Assembly: GCA_002347295.1 (NCBI GenBank)
Contig: DDXZ01000030.1
Location: forward strand, 45,216 to 109,215
Length of the DNA stretch: 64,000 bases
Source of the DNA: Dehalococcoidia bacterium UBA2247
Lineage (GTDB): Bacteria > Chloroflexota > Dehalococcoidia > UBA2247
Direction of reading: 5' to 3'
Both the position numbers and the translations under genes were made by a program. The notes under the pieces were generated by a model, which saw nothing but the letters and a program-made list of their open reading frames with translations, made no database searches and was not told where the DNA came from. This document shows positions 8,330 through 18,479 of this stretch, piece by piece (position 1 is the stretch's first letter; every line of letters starts with the position of its first letter).

Positions 8330-10762
8330 TCAAAGCAGACTTACCGGGTCAACATCTATTGTCCAGCCCGGAGGGAATTCAATATTTGCTAGAAAAGAGG
8401 ATATGTTATTGCCTCTAATTATTATTTGCCAGCGGAATTTATCCTTAATTTTGTAGAGATATGCAGGAGCAGGACCTATGAGTTGCATATCAGACAGCTT
8501 GTTAAGTTTAATCTTTTCCCCTAGTAGTCGGGAAATCTTTCTTGTCTCTTTCTGACAGGAGAATTCATTGGAGTTAATATAAACCAGACGGGCAAGTTGC
8601 CGGAAAGGTGGGGCAAGGAATTGGTGGCGGTATGCAATTTCTTTTTTATAGAAAAAGGAATAGTCATTTTTTGAAAGAGCAGCAATAGCATAATGTTGAG
8701 GATTATAGGTCTGAATGATAGCTTTGCCCTGTTGATTACCCCGCCCTGCTCTTCCGGCAACCTGGCTCAGAAGCTGGAAAGTACGCTCACTGGCGCGGAT
8801 ATCGGGTAGTGTTAGTATGGTATCCGCAGAAATTACTCCAACAAGTGATACAGATGGGAAATCAAGGCCTTTAGCAATCATTTGTGTGCCTACAAGGATA
8901 TCAGCTTTATGAGAACTGAATTGAGACATTAATTTCTCATGTGAATATCTGTTCATAGTAACGTCTTTGTCCCACCGCATAATTTTGGCTTCCGGAAAAG
9001 TTTGGGCAGTTTTTTGTAATAATCCTTCTGTTCCTAATCCAAGAAACTTTATTTTCTTACTACCGCATTTTGGGCAGATATCAGGAACAGGAATATGACG
9101 ATTACAGTGATGACAGATTAGTTCGTTTCTTGCAGCGTGATGTGTGAATGCTACATTGCAATCATTACAGCGGAGCACGAAGCCACATTCACGACATTGT
9201 ACGAAAGTGGAAGTTCCTCTTCTGTTAAGAAAGAGAATAATCTGTTCTTTTGCCTCTAGGGATTTCTCAATAGCGGAGCGTAGTTGCCGGCTGAATATAC
9301 TGCTGTTACCAGTTTTTAATTCTTGCCGCATATCTACAATTTCTATTTCGGGTAGTTGCGGTTTACCGTTAAGAGTAAATTTCTCTGGTAGTGTTAGTAA
9401 TTCATATTTTCCCGTTGTACTATGGTAATAGCTTTCTATATCAGGAGTGGCACTACCAAGTATTAATGTTGCGTCATTGAGCTTTGCCAGAACACGAGCA
9501 ACTTCTCGTGCATGGTAGCGCGGCATCTGATCCTGCTGCTTGTATGTCCATTCATGCTCTTCATCCAGGATAATTAATCCAAGGTCAGGTTGCGGAGCAA
9601 AGATAGCCCCTCGTGCCCCAATTACAACATTGCATAATCCTTCTTTTATTTGTAACCATTCATCGAATTGTTCTCTGCGTGTTAATTTGCTATGGAAAAC
9701 AGCCACCTGGTCAGGAAAACGTGATGTGAAACAGGCTATTGTCTGCGGAGTAAGGGAGATTTCCGGCACAAGCACGATGCCGCGTTTCCCCTGTGCAATG
9801 ATATTACTGAGTGCATGCATATATATTTCAGTTTTTCCGCTTCCATTAATACCATGTAGCAAAAATGTTTTAAAATGTGGATGAATCAGGTGAGATTCTA
9901 TTTTTTTCCAGACTATTTCTTGTGTCGTGCTTAGTGCAGGTGGTGATGCAGGAAAAGATGTATATTGCGATATACGATTACGTTGGACACGTATAGAAGA
10001 CGTAGATATAAACTTCTTTTTTTCTAGAGCTCTTATTAAGGAGGAAGTAGCAGGAATATTCCGAGATAATTCGGAATATCGTACAGGACGATTTTTATCC
10101 GCCAGGAAACGTAATAACTCTGCTTGCCTTCGAGCCTTTTTGCCGTCAAGTTTGGTTGCTTCCTGGTATGCTACATCTATTCCTATAGTTAGTTTCATAT
10201 AGAGTTCTTCTCTCGGTTTCATAAAGCTCATATTAGGAGTATGGATTCTGCTGACAAGTCCTTTATTTTGCATTTGTGTCAAAATTCGGTCAGCTTTACT
10301 TTTGCCGAGAGATTTCTCAATAGTTTTGATATTAACGGCGGTATTTGTTTTAAGCATATCGAGAATAAATTTCTGGTCAATGGATAAAGAGGGTAGTGGG
10401 ACAATATCGGATACGAGTTGAATAAATGTAACCTGGTTTTTTTCAAAACCTGGCGGTAACATTAAAGCAAGACTTTCAAACAGAGGAGCGAGATAATAAT
10501 CACTAATCCAGCGTGCTAGTTGTATCTGGTGGGAAGACAGTACCGTTTGTGTGTCGATAACTGCCGTTATCTCTTTAATGCCTGCGGTATCAGATAACGA
10601 TGGATTATCCGTTAATTCGAGGACTATTCCTTGTCGCAAACTTGAACCAAATGGAACCCATACCGGTTGACCGGGGTAGAGTTCCATATTTACAGGTATT
10701 GCATAGCTAAAAGCCTTGCGTTGTGCTAGAGGTGAATTAACAGCGACCTCAGCGTAATTCAT
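8330..10762 (-). CDS. priA: primosomal protein N' (PriA helicase)
   Basis: 810 aa with DEAD/DEAH helicase motifs and a Cys-rich CxxC zinc-binding insert. Confidence 0.85.
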   Translation of the reverse strand: MNYAEVAVNSPLAQRKAFSYAIPVNMELYPGQPVWVPFGSSLRQGIVLELTDNPSLSDTAGIKEITAVIDTQTVLSSHQIQLARWISDYYLAPLFESLALMLPPGFEKNQVTFIQLVSDIVPLPSLSIDQKFILDMLKTNTAVNIKTIEKSLGKSKADRILTQMQNKGLVSRIHTPNMSFMKPREELYMKLTIGIDVAYQEATKLDGKKARRQAELLRFLADKNRPVRYSELSRNIPATSSLIRALEKKKFISTSSIRVQRNRISQYTSFPASPPALSTTQEIVWKKIESHLIHPHFKTFLLHGINGSGKTEIYMHALSNIIAQGKRGIVLVPEISLTPQTIACFTSRFPDQVAVFHSKLTRREQFDEWLQIKEGLCNVVIGARGAIFAPQPDLGLIILDEEHEWTYKQQDQMPRYHAREVARVLAKLNDATLILGSATPDIESYYHSTTGKYELLTLPEKFTLNGKPQLPEIEIVDMRQELKTGNSSIFSRQLRSAIEKSLEAKEQIILFLNRRGTSTFVQCRECGFVLRCNDCNVAFTHHAARNELICHHCNRHIPVPDICPKCGSKKIKFLGLGTEGLLQKTAQTFPEAKIMRWDKDVTMNRYSHEKLMSQFSSHKADILVGTQMIAKGLDFPSVSLVGVISADTILTLPDIRASERTFQLLSQVAGRAGRGNQQGKAIIQTYNPQHYAIAALSKNDYSFFYKKEIAYRHQFLAPPFRQLARLVYINSNEFSCQKETRKISRLLGEKIKLNKLSDMQLIGPAPAYLYKIKDKFRWQIIIRGNNISSFLANIEFPPGWTIDVDPVSLL

Positions 10763-10784
10763 TTTATTAACGCAAATAAAACAA

Positions 10785-11204
10785 TTATGTTTCTTGTTCA
10801 GATTCCGCTACAGCTACGGGAGCATCTTCTACGGCTGCGGTGGTTTCTGTTGTGCTTTTTGCTAAATCCCGTTTTTCTTTAATACGGGTAGCTTTTCCGC
10901 TCAGGCCACGCAGATAATATAATCTGGCGCGCCGGACACTACCACGGCGTGCAATTTCGACTTTTTCCAGGAGGGGAGAATTAATGAAGAAAGTACGCTC
11001 CACGCCGATACCATAAGTAACACGTCTTACTGTAAAGTTACTACGTATTTTACCATTGGATACCCCGGTTACAACACCTTGAAAGACCTGAATACGTTCG
11101 CGGTCCCTCTCTTTAATTTTAAAGCTAACCTTAACAGTATCACCGGGACTGATCTCCGGGATATTGGTTTTTGGTTCTAAATCGATTAATGACTCTATTT
11201 CCAT
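10785..11204 (-). CDS. rplS: 50S ribosomal protein L19 (with an acidic C-terminal extension)
   Basis: The L19 core '[14 protein letters not shown]' is conserved. It lies downstream of trmD as in the canonical operon. Confidence 0.85.
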   Translation of the reverse strand: MEIESLIDLEPKTNIPEISPGDTVKVSFKIKERDRERIQVFQGVVTGVSNGKIRSNFTVRRVTYGIGVERTFFINSPLLEKVEIARRGSVRRARLYYLRGLSGKATRIKEKRDLAKSTTETTAAVEDAPVAVAESEQET

Positions 11205-11243
11205 TTATTTTAATCCTTCCATCAATTTGTATGAATAACGACT

Positions 11244-12002
11244 TTATTTATTTTCATCCTGATTAAATTTATCAATTAACATTTTATCTTGCGAGGACAA
11301 TACTATTTTTTCTATTAGATCAGGGCGACGTCTTAAGGTGCGTTTTAAAGATTGTTCCCTGCGCCACCGGGCAATAGCAGCATGATTTCCTGACAATAAT
11401 ATTTTCGGTACCTTCCAATCTTGAAATAAAGGAGGTCGGGTATATTGAGGGTGTTCCAGTAGCCCATTAACATGCGATTCATCTTCTATTGATGTTTCTG
11501 CCCCCAGTACCCCTGGTATTAACCTTACTGTTGCATCTATGACTACCATTGCCGGTAATTCCCCACCGGTAAGTACATAATCACCAATACTTATTTCATC
11601 ATTAGCCAGATGTAATCGTATCCTTTCGTCAACACCCTCGTAATGTCCGCAAATAAAAACCACATTATCTTCCTTCGATAGCTCCAGAGCGATCTTTTGC
11701 GAAAATAACCTTCCCTGTGGTGTGAGAAGAACTATTCTTGGTGTGGCTCCTTCATAGGGATAATTTGTACTTATTGATTCGAATGCTTCAAATAAAGGCT
11801 CCGGCTTAAATATCATTCCGGAACCACCTCCATAGGGATAATCATCTACTGTATGATGTTTATCATGAGTGTAATCCCGGATATTATAGATATTTAGGTT
11901 TACATACCCCCCTTTAATAGCTCGTCCAATTATGCTCTCCTCAAATGGTCCGATAAACATTCGAGGAAATAGAGTTAAAACATCTATACGCATAACGCCC
12001 AT
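11244..12002 (-). CDS. trmD: tRNA (guanine37-N1)-methyltransferase
   Basis: The '[13 protein letters not shown]' N-terminus and the SPOUT-fold TrmD pattern are present. Confidence 0.85.
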   Translation of the reverse strand: MGVMRIDVLTLFPRMFIGPFEESIIGRAIKGGYVNLNIYNIRDYTHDKHHTVDDYPYGGGSGMIFKPEPLFEAFESISTNYPYEGATPRIVLLTPQGRLFSQKIALELSKEDNVVFICGHYEGVDERIRLHLANDEISIGDYVLTGGELPAMVVIDATVRLIPGVLGAETSIEDESHVNGLLEHPQYTRPPLFQDWKVPKILLSGNHAAIARWRREQSLKRTLRRRPDLIEKIVLSSQDKMLIDKFNQDENK

Positions 12003-12056
12003 CTTCTATTTGATATGGACGGCATTATAACGTTATTTTTATGTCTTTGCAAAGAG

Positions 12057-12094
12057 GGCTCTCTTCCGGTAACATTTTTATTTGAGTTGACACG
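12057..12094. repeat. 38-bp repeat (ggctctcttccggtaacatttttatttgagttgacacg), inverted partner at 25321..25358
   Basis: It is an exact reverse-complement match to 25321..25358. In both copies it is preceded by a short hairpin ending in GCTCTCTT. Confidence 0.7.
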
Positions 12095-12273
12095 TCCACC
12101 TGTGCATTGGACCAGATAAGACGTAATCGGGATGCCTACCAATTGATGCGTGTAAATACCTGATTCCGTTCACATTTATCTTCATATTTAGAAGGATAAA
12201 TAAGCAAAGAGGTAATGACTCCGGCCGAAAGAGGAAGATTTTCGGTATCAAACGAGGCAGGGTCATTCAGTCA

Positions 12274-12738
12274 TTAATTTGGGAGATGGTTATAACTGTC
12301 TTCTACTTTGACCAATTGATAGATGGCCCACATTGTGTCCCTCGGGCACCGGGCTAACCATACTTCATCGTCTATCACATAAAGGCGGTATTGTTCATTG
12401 ATACTGTACTGGTGACGCTGTTGGTAGCCAGAAATGTCCGGTATGCCCATTTCGAATATAAACAAAGCGTTAAATGTTTCCGTATCCACTTTGCTTTTCT
12501 CAAAACTACCCGTGATTTGCTCTTTGGTGTCATCTGTATGCAGGATAGTGAGGGATTCCGTTGCGATAATATAATCGGGAGCATTCTCCTTTACCATCAG
12601 ATGCGAACTTGCCGGTTTCATATAGATGGTTTTCTCATAACGATAGTAGCCAGTGACATCTTCATTATTTGATGTGCAACTTATGTTAGAGAGCAAGCAG
12701 CCGACCAGAACCAAAGGTAATATTATGATTTTAGACAT
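12274..12738 (-). CDS. hypothetical secreted protein/lipoprotein
   Basis: N-terminal signal-like 'MSKIIILPLVLVGCLLS'. No domain recognised. Confidence 0.4.
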   Translation of the reverse strand: MSKIIILPLVLVGCLLSNISCTSNNEDVTGYYRYEKTIYMKPASSHLMVKENAPDYIIATESLTILHTDDTKEQITGSFEKSKVDTETFNALFIFEMGIPDISGYQQRHQYSINEQYRLYVIDDEVWLARCPRDTMWAIYQLVKVEDSYNHLPN

Positions 12739-13088
12739 AATATAGCCTCCCCATTTTAATTCCTAAAATAAAGACGTAGTGACGGGATGTTTTGCTTATT
12801 CATGAGAACGGGACTAAAAGAGCTACTAAGCAAGTACCTTACAAAATGATGCGATCTGACCTGCAGAGGTTAATGTATAAACTGAACCTTAACACGTCGA
12901 GTTCTGTTACTGCGGCTGAATGGAGTATTAATTAATGTATTGCCTGCTTCATTTGGTAGAAAATGAAGCATTTATAGAGAACAGTAACCAGTAACAATAG
13001 GCTGAAGATAATAACATAATAAATATTCCTTGTCTTCGTGATATATCCTTCATTATAATCAATAATCACGTTATATTATTTTAAGTAA

Positions 13089-13898
13089 TTGACAGGAGAG
13101 CATTTTCTAATGCCGGAAGAGAAGAAAGACGAATTTACCAAATTCAGAGAGATTATTGCCCGCTTGCGTGCTCCTGAGCCGGACGGCTGTCCCTGGGACC
13201 GCCAGCAGACACATATTTCTCTAAAGCCTTATCTTGTAGAAGAATGTTACGAAGTCATTGATGCTCTGGATAAGGAAGAACCTCAAAAATTACGGGAGGA
13301 ACTGGGGGACCTTATGCTGCAAATTATGCTTCATGCTCAGATTGCCGCCGAGCATGATGAATTCAATATTGATGATGTTATTCATGATATTAATGAAAAG
13401 CTCGTCCGTCGTCACCCCCACATTTTTAGTAATGTAGAAGCGAAAGATGCGCGGCAGGTGCGTTTGAACTGGGAAGAAATCAAGACCCGGGAGCATGGTA
13501 AAAAGAAATCTATTCTTGATGGTGTTTCCACTGAAATACCGGCCTTACCTGCCAGCCAAATTTTGCAGCAGCGCGCTTCACGCGTGGGATTCGATTGGGA
13601 TGATATGGCCGGTGTGTTAGATAAGGTCGTAGAAGAAGCCGGCGAATTGAACCGGTCAGCTAATCATCAGGAAAAAGTAGCGGAGTTTGGTGATTTACTT
13701 TTTGCTCTGGTGAATTTAGGACGGTGGCTGGATGTAGATGCTGAAGCTGCATTAAAATCGGCAAACCAGCGATTTATTCGGCGGTTCCAGCATATGGAGC
13801 AGATTTGCCACGAGAAAAATCTATCACTGGATAAACTTACCCTGAATGAAATGAATATTTTATGGGAACAGGCTAAGGCGGAATTAAAAGAATCCTGA
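13089..13898 (+). CDS. mazG: nucleoside triphosphate pyrophosphohydrolase MazG
   Basis: Tandem MazG-like domains with EExxE/D motifs (LVEECYEVIDAL; GDLLFALVNL). Confidence 0.75.
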   Translation: MTGEHFLMPEEKKDEFTKFREIIARLRAPEPDGCPWDRQQTHISLKPYLVEECYEVIDALDKEEPQKLREELGDLMLQIMLHAQIAAEHDEFNIDDVIHDINEKLVRRHPHIFSNVEAKDARQVRLNWEEIKTREHGKKKSILDGVSTEIPALPASQILQQRASRVGFDWDDMAGVLDKVVEEAGELNRSANHQEKVAEFGDLLFALVNLGRWLDVDAEAALKSANQRFIRRFQHMEQICHEKNLSLDKLTLNEMNILWEQAKAELKES

Positions 13899-13908
13899 AA
13901 TAAAAAAA

Positions 13909-13982
13909 TCGGGGCGGGCAGGTTTGAACTGCCGACTTCTTGGTCCCGAACCAAGCGCGCTACCGGGCTGCGCTACGCCCCG
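13909..13982 (-). tRNA. tRNA-Pro (anticodon CGG)
   Basis: The reverse complement folds as a cloverleaf. Acceptor CGGGGCG/CGCCCCG, D-arm GCGC..GCGC, anticodon stem CTTGG/CCAAG with loop TTCGGGA, T-arm GGCAG-TTCAAAC-CTGCC and discriminator A are all present. CCA is not encoded. Confidence 0.8.
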
Positions 13983-14161
13983 TGGATGTACTATTATATC
14001 CGCATATATGAGTGAATACAATCATTTGTAACAACCGGTATGTATATCAATGAATATATGGGGTAAATAAGTTTATCTACCATTAAATTTTCTTAAATGT
14101 TAAAAATTATAAATTTCCCTGTCTGAACATGCTATAATTGCGCAAATTTGAAGGAATAGTA

Positions 14162-15067
14162 TTGGATAAAGTTAGTATTGCAATACCGGCAACTTCAGCA
14201 AATATGGATTCCGGGCTTGATTGCCTGGGAATGGCTTTGAACATTTATAATATAGTTACTTTTATGATAGGTGATATTCCTTGCGGGATTAATATTACCG
14301 GAGAAGGTGCGGAAAAGTTATCGCATGACACCAATAATTTGATTTATTGTACGGCAGTTCGGGTATATCAGAAATTGGGGAAATCAGTACCGGGATTAAC
14401 CATCAACTGTCAAAATAATATTCCCTTTATGCGTGGTCTGGACAGTAGTTCTGCTGCTATTATGTACAGCATTATGGCGGTAAATGAATTTTGTGATAGG
14501 CCGTTTTTTCAGGATGATATGCTGGAGTTGGGGTTGGAAATTGAAGAGCACCCGGATAACATCACTCCGGCACTGCTGGGTGATTGTCAGGTAGTAGTCA
14601 AAGATAGTGATAACCATTTATTACATTGCTCTATACCTCTACCTTCCGGGTTGAAAGCAGTATTATTTATTTCTGATTTTATAATGGCAACAAGGGAAGC
14701 ACGTAATATTTTACCGCAACAAGTGAAACGAGAGGATGCTGTTTATAATGTCGGGCGAGCTGCTCTTCTGATTGCTTCATTAATAGAAGGTCGAGTTGAG
14801 TATTTAAAGACGGCCACCGATGATAGACTGCATCAGACAGCGCGTCAGCGTTTATTCCCGACTATGGGCAATATTTTTGCTGCCGCTCTCTCTGCCGGAG
14901 CATTGGGAGTATTCCTTTCCGGCAGCGGTCCTACTATACTGGCATTTGCTATGGGTAATACAGAAGAAATCGGTAAAAAAATGGCAACAGTTGCCCGAGA
15001 GAAGGGTATTAATGGTAGAATAAGAGTCGCTGAGTCATGTAATGAAGGAGCGCATATTGTTTCTTGA
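14162..15067 (+). CDS. thrB: homoserine kinase
   Basis: The GHMP kinase motif 'PATSANMDSGLDCLG' is present. The likely start is TTG 14162, preceded by RBS GAAGGAA and a TATAAT at 14133-14138. The ORF track extends it to 14138. Confidence 0.7.
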   Translation: MDKVSIAIPATSANMDSGLDCLGMALNIYNIVTFMIGDIPCGINITGEGAEKLSHDTNNLIYCTAVRVYQKLGKSVPGLTINCQNNIPFMRGLDSSSAAIMYSIMAVNEFCDRPFFQDDMLELGLEIEEHPDNITPALLGDCQVVVKDSDNHLLHCSIPLPSGLKAVLFISDFIMATREARNILPQQVKREDAVYNVGRAALLIASLIEGRVEYLKTATDDRLHQTARQRLFPTMGNIFAAALSAGALGVFLSGSGPTILAFAMGNTEEIGKKMATVAREKGINGRIRVAESCNEGAHIVS

Positions 15068-15097
15068 TTTAATAATAGGGGAGAAAATTTAGGGATA

Positions 15098-16324
15098 ATG
15101 GATATTATCGTACAAAAATATGGTGGGACTTCAGTAGCTAATGCGGAGAGAATAAAAGCCGTAGCCCGGAAGATAATCGCTACGAAGGAAAAAGGAAATC
15201 AGGTAGTAGTAGTAGTCTCGGCCATGGGTGATACTACCGATGACCTTATTGCACTCAGTCATCAGGTTTCCGAGAAACCTTCCGATAGGGAACTGGACGT
15301 TCTGCTTTCTACGGGAGAAGTTGTTTCCAGTACTTTACTGGCAATGGCTCTGCGTTCAATGGGATGCAAGTCTATCAGTCTGACCGGATTTCAGGCGGGT
15401 ATTGAGACGGATACAGAACACAGCAAGGCACAAATATTAAATATTAATCCGCAGAGAATCATGCGCGAATTATCCCGCGGGAATGTAGTTATCGTTGCTG
15501 GATTTCAGGGTATAACTCAGGATATGGATATTACTACTCTGGGTCGGGGTGGTTCCGATACTACTGCGGTAGCTCTGGCTGCCAGTTTGGAAGCTAAAAT
15601 ATGTGAAAGATATACCGATGTGAAGGGGGTATTTACTGCTGACCCTAATTATGTTCAGGAAGCGCGTAAATTAGACTTCATTAGTTATGATGAAATGCTG
15701 GAATTAGCAATACAGGGCTCGAAAATAATACATCCCCGGGCGGTAGAACTTGGAGAATTGTATAATGTACCGATTCTGGTAGCATCCAGTTTTGTAGATG
15801 AACCGGGAACGCTGATAAGTGGAGGAAATAATATGCAAGTTGGCGAATTACAGAACAAGGTACGAGGTATTGCTCATGACCTTGATGTGGCGAAAATAAC
15901 AGTTATCGGAGTACCGGACAAGCCCGGTATTTCTGCCAGTATTTTTACTGCCCTGTCCGATGCCGGTGTTAGCGTGGATACTATTGTACAAAATATGAGT
16001 ATCGCCGGAATTACCGACCTTACCTTTACCGTTAGTATCGGTGATATGAATAAAGCACTGGATGTAATTAAGCCAGTAGGAAAAACTATCGGGGCGAAGG
16101 ATTGTGTCGGTGATGACAAAGTAGGTAAGATTAGTATCGTCGGTACCGGAATGCAAAATAAGCCGGGTTATGCTACCACTATGTTCCGCGCCCTGGCCGA
16201 TGCCGGAATTAATATTGAGCTTATCACTACTTCTGAAATACGTATTACCTGTATTATAAGAAAAGACCGAATGAAGGACGCCGTACGTATCCTGCATCGT
16301 GCTTTTGAACTGGATAAGCCATAA
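15098..16324 (+). CDS. lysC: aspartate kinase
   Basis: 'IVQKYGGTSV' N-terminus, amino-acid kinase fold and two C-terminal ACT domains. Confidence 0.85.
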   Translation: MDIIVQKYGGTSVANAERIKAVARKIIATKEKGNQVVVVVSAMGDTTDDLIALSHQVSEKPSDRELDVLLSTGEVVSSTLLAMALRSMGCKSISLTGFQAGIETDTEHSKAQILNINPQRIMRELSRGNVVIVAGFQGITQDMDITTLGRGGSDTTAVALAASLEAKICERYTDVKGVFTADPNYVQEARKLDFISYDEMLELAIQGSKIIHPRAVELGELYNVPILVASSFVDEPGTLISGGNNMQVGELQNKVRGIAHDLDVAKITVIGVPDKPGISASIFTALSDAGVSVDTIVQNMSIAGITDLTFTVSIGDMNKALDVIKPVGKTIGAKDCVGDDKVGKISIVGTGMQNKPGYATTMFRALADAGINIELITTSEIRITCIIRKDRMKDAVRILHRAFELDKP

Positions 16325-16460
16325 TCGTTAATTTCGAGAATCTAATTTCTAAACACATGAAACACATTAGAATTATCGAAATTCTAATGTTCTGAATGCT
16401 TTTACAAAAAAATTTATTGTTTCGTATTTGAGATTTCATATTTCGGGCTTTAGATAGACA

Positions 16461-17501
16461 ATGCATCTTTCAGATTTTGATTATCATCTCCCTCCCGAAT
16501 TCATTGCTCAGACTGCGGTAGAACCACGCGACCGTTCCCGCCTTATGGTACTTAAAAGAGAGTCGGGGACGATTGAGCATCACCATTTCGGGGAAATTAT
16601 AGATTTTCTGCGTGCAGGAGACGTTATGGTTTTTAATGACAGTCGTGTCATTCCTGCGCGCCTGAACGGTCACAAAATAAGTACCGGTGCAAAATGTGAA
16701 ATATTTCTCTTACGTAAACTGGAAAGTTGTGTTTGGGAGACGCTGGTAAAACCAGCCAAGCGCATCCGTACCGGGACTAAAATAGAAATAAGTAATAGTG
16801 ATATTCTATCGGGATTTAGTCTGGAAGGAGAAGTAGTAGAGGAAAAGGAACATGGAGTAAGAATATTCCGCTTTTCCAATGAAGAACTTCTTTTTAAGGC
16901 AGGCAATATACCTTTGCCTCCTTATATTCATGAGAAATTACCTGACCCGGAACGATATCAAACCATTTATTCCAGAGTAGATGGCAGTGTTGCCTCCCCT
17001 ACGGCCGGCTTACATTTTACAGAGAGGCTATTAAATGATATCAAGGCAAAAGGAGTAGAACTGGCTTTTATTACTCTGCATATTGGATTGGGGACATTCC
17101 AGCCAGTACGTGAAGAGGATCCTCTGCAGCATGAAATGCACTCCGAGTATTACGAACTCAGTACTGCTGCTGCGGCACAAATATCCCGAGCCAGGAAAGA
17201 AGGCAGACGTATTATCTGTGTAGGGACTACGACGGTAAGGACACTGGAGCAGGCAGCAGAGTATCAGGATGCCAACGGTAATCTAAAGTCTTCCAGCGGT
17301 TGGACAAAACTATTTATTTTACCCGGTTATAAATTCCGTATGGTAGATATTATGCTGACGAATTTCCATCTTCCGCGTTCCACACTCTTAATGCTTGTTT
17401 CTGCTTTTGCCGGGCATGAAATTCTTATGCAGTCCTACAATGAAGCGATAAAAGAACAATACCGATTTTACAGTCTTGGCGATGCGATGCTAATTTTATG
17501 A
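16461..17501 (+). CDS. queA: S-adenosylmethionine:tRNA ribosyltransferase-isomerase
   Basis: 'LSDFDYHLPPEFIAQ' N-terminus and QueA length and pattern. Confidence 0.85.
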   Translation: MHLSDFDYHLPPEFIAQTAVEPRDRSRLMVLKRESGTIEHHHFGEIIDFLRAGDVMVFNDSRVIPARLNGHKISTGAKCEIFLLRKLESCVWETLVKPAKRIRTGTKIEISNSDILSGFSLEGEVVEEKEHGVRIFRFSNEELLFKAGNIPLPPYIHEKLPDPERYQTIYSRVDGSVASPTAGLHFTERLLNDIKAKGVELAFITLHIGLGTFQPVREEDPLQHEMHSEYYELSTAAAAQISRARKEGRRIICVGTTTVRTLEQAAEYQDANGNLKSSSGWTKLFILPGYKFRMVDIMLTNFHLPRSTLLMLVSAFAGHEILMQSYNEAIKEQYRFYSLGDAMLIL

Positions 17502-17918
17502 TATAAAACCTGGCTGTTAGAGAATAGAATTGCAGTGCATATTTTCATCAGTTTTTTTCAGGCTTTTTACAGTTTTTTAATCGGTTTTTACATCATTATT
17601 ACCACTTGTTTGGCTTGTCTCAGGGAAGTTTTGCCCTTGGAGTACACTTACCCCATACTCACCTGTAATTCTTTCCGTACCAGGCTCAAAGTCGAGTGTA
17701 GATGAGTGTAAGCGAAACTGATAAAATAGGGGCAAAGGAGGTAGCTCTAATGCTTCGTATAGATAATGGTAGTCAGCACAACCCGTCGTTGTAGGAGACG
17801 GTGTTACCGCCTGAGCTTTTTCAGATTCTTTCAGTGTCAGTACTATATATATCCACTTTAGCAACTTTGCTACTTCCGGAACTGTTACTGCCAATATAAG
17901 TATATCTTATACACTTTC

Positions 17919-18458
17919 ATGAGATATTTACAAAAAAGTAACGCTGAATATTCTCTGTTTAATACTAGTTGGGGCTGGGTAGGAGTTATAATCTCAGAAA
18001 GAGGGATAAGGCGAATAATTCTTCCCCAGTCTAACAGTGATATTATATATGAAATAATAAGAAATGAATCCCCGTTAGCCACTTTTACTAGTCATGCTAG
18101 TGATATCACTCAAAAAATAACTGCATACTTAAGCGGACAAAAAGTAAAATTTAATAACACACTGGATTACCCGAATATAACACAGTTTCAAAATGATGTT
18201 TATCAAACTACCTGTTCCATACCTTACGGAGAGACACGCAGTTATTCGTGGGTTGCAAAAGAGATAGGAAATATACGCGCAACACGTGCTGTAGGACAAG
18301 CACTGGCACATAATCCTACACCTATAATAGTCCCCTGCCACAGAGTAATATCACTTAGTGGAAATCTACAGGGATTCCGTGGTGGAATTGATATGAAGAA
18401 ACGTTTAATTCTAATGGAAAAATCAGTAGCAAGAAGAAAGCTACAACCGGATTGTTAG
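17919..18458 (+). CDS. ogt: methylated-DNA--protein-cysteine methyltransferase
   Basis: The active-site motif 'IVPCHRVI' is present. Confidence 0.75.
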   Translation: MRYLQKSNAEYSLFNTSWGWVGVIISERGIRRIILPQSNSDIIYEIIRNESPLATFTSHASDITQKITAYLSGQKVKFNNTLDYPNITQFQNDVYQTTCSIPYGETRSYSWVAKEIGNIRATRAVGQALAHNPTPIIVPCHRVISLSGNLQGFRGGIDMKKRLILMEKSVARRKLQPDC

Positions 18459-18479
18459 ATACATCTTCCCATTTTAATA

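Noticed and set aside
17577-17894. 105-aa minus-strand ORF between queA and ogt
   Set aside because: It has no motif and unusual composition. A real small protein is possible, but the evidence is too weak to call.
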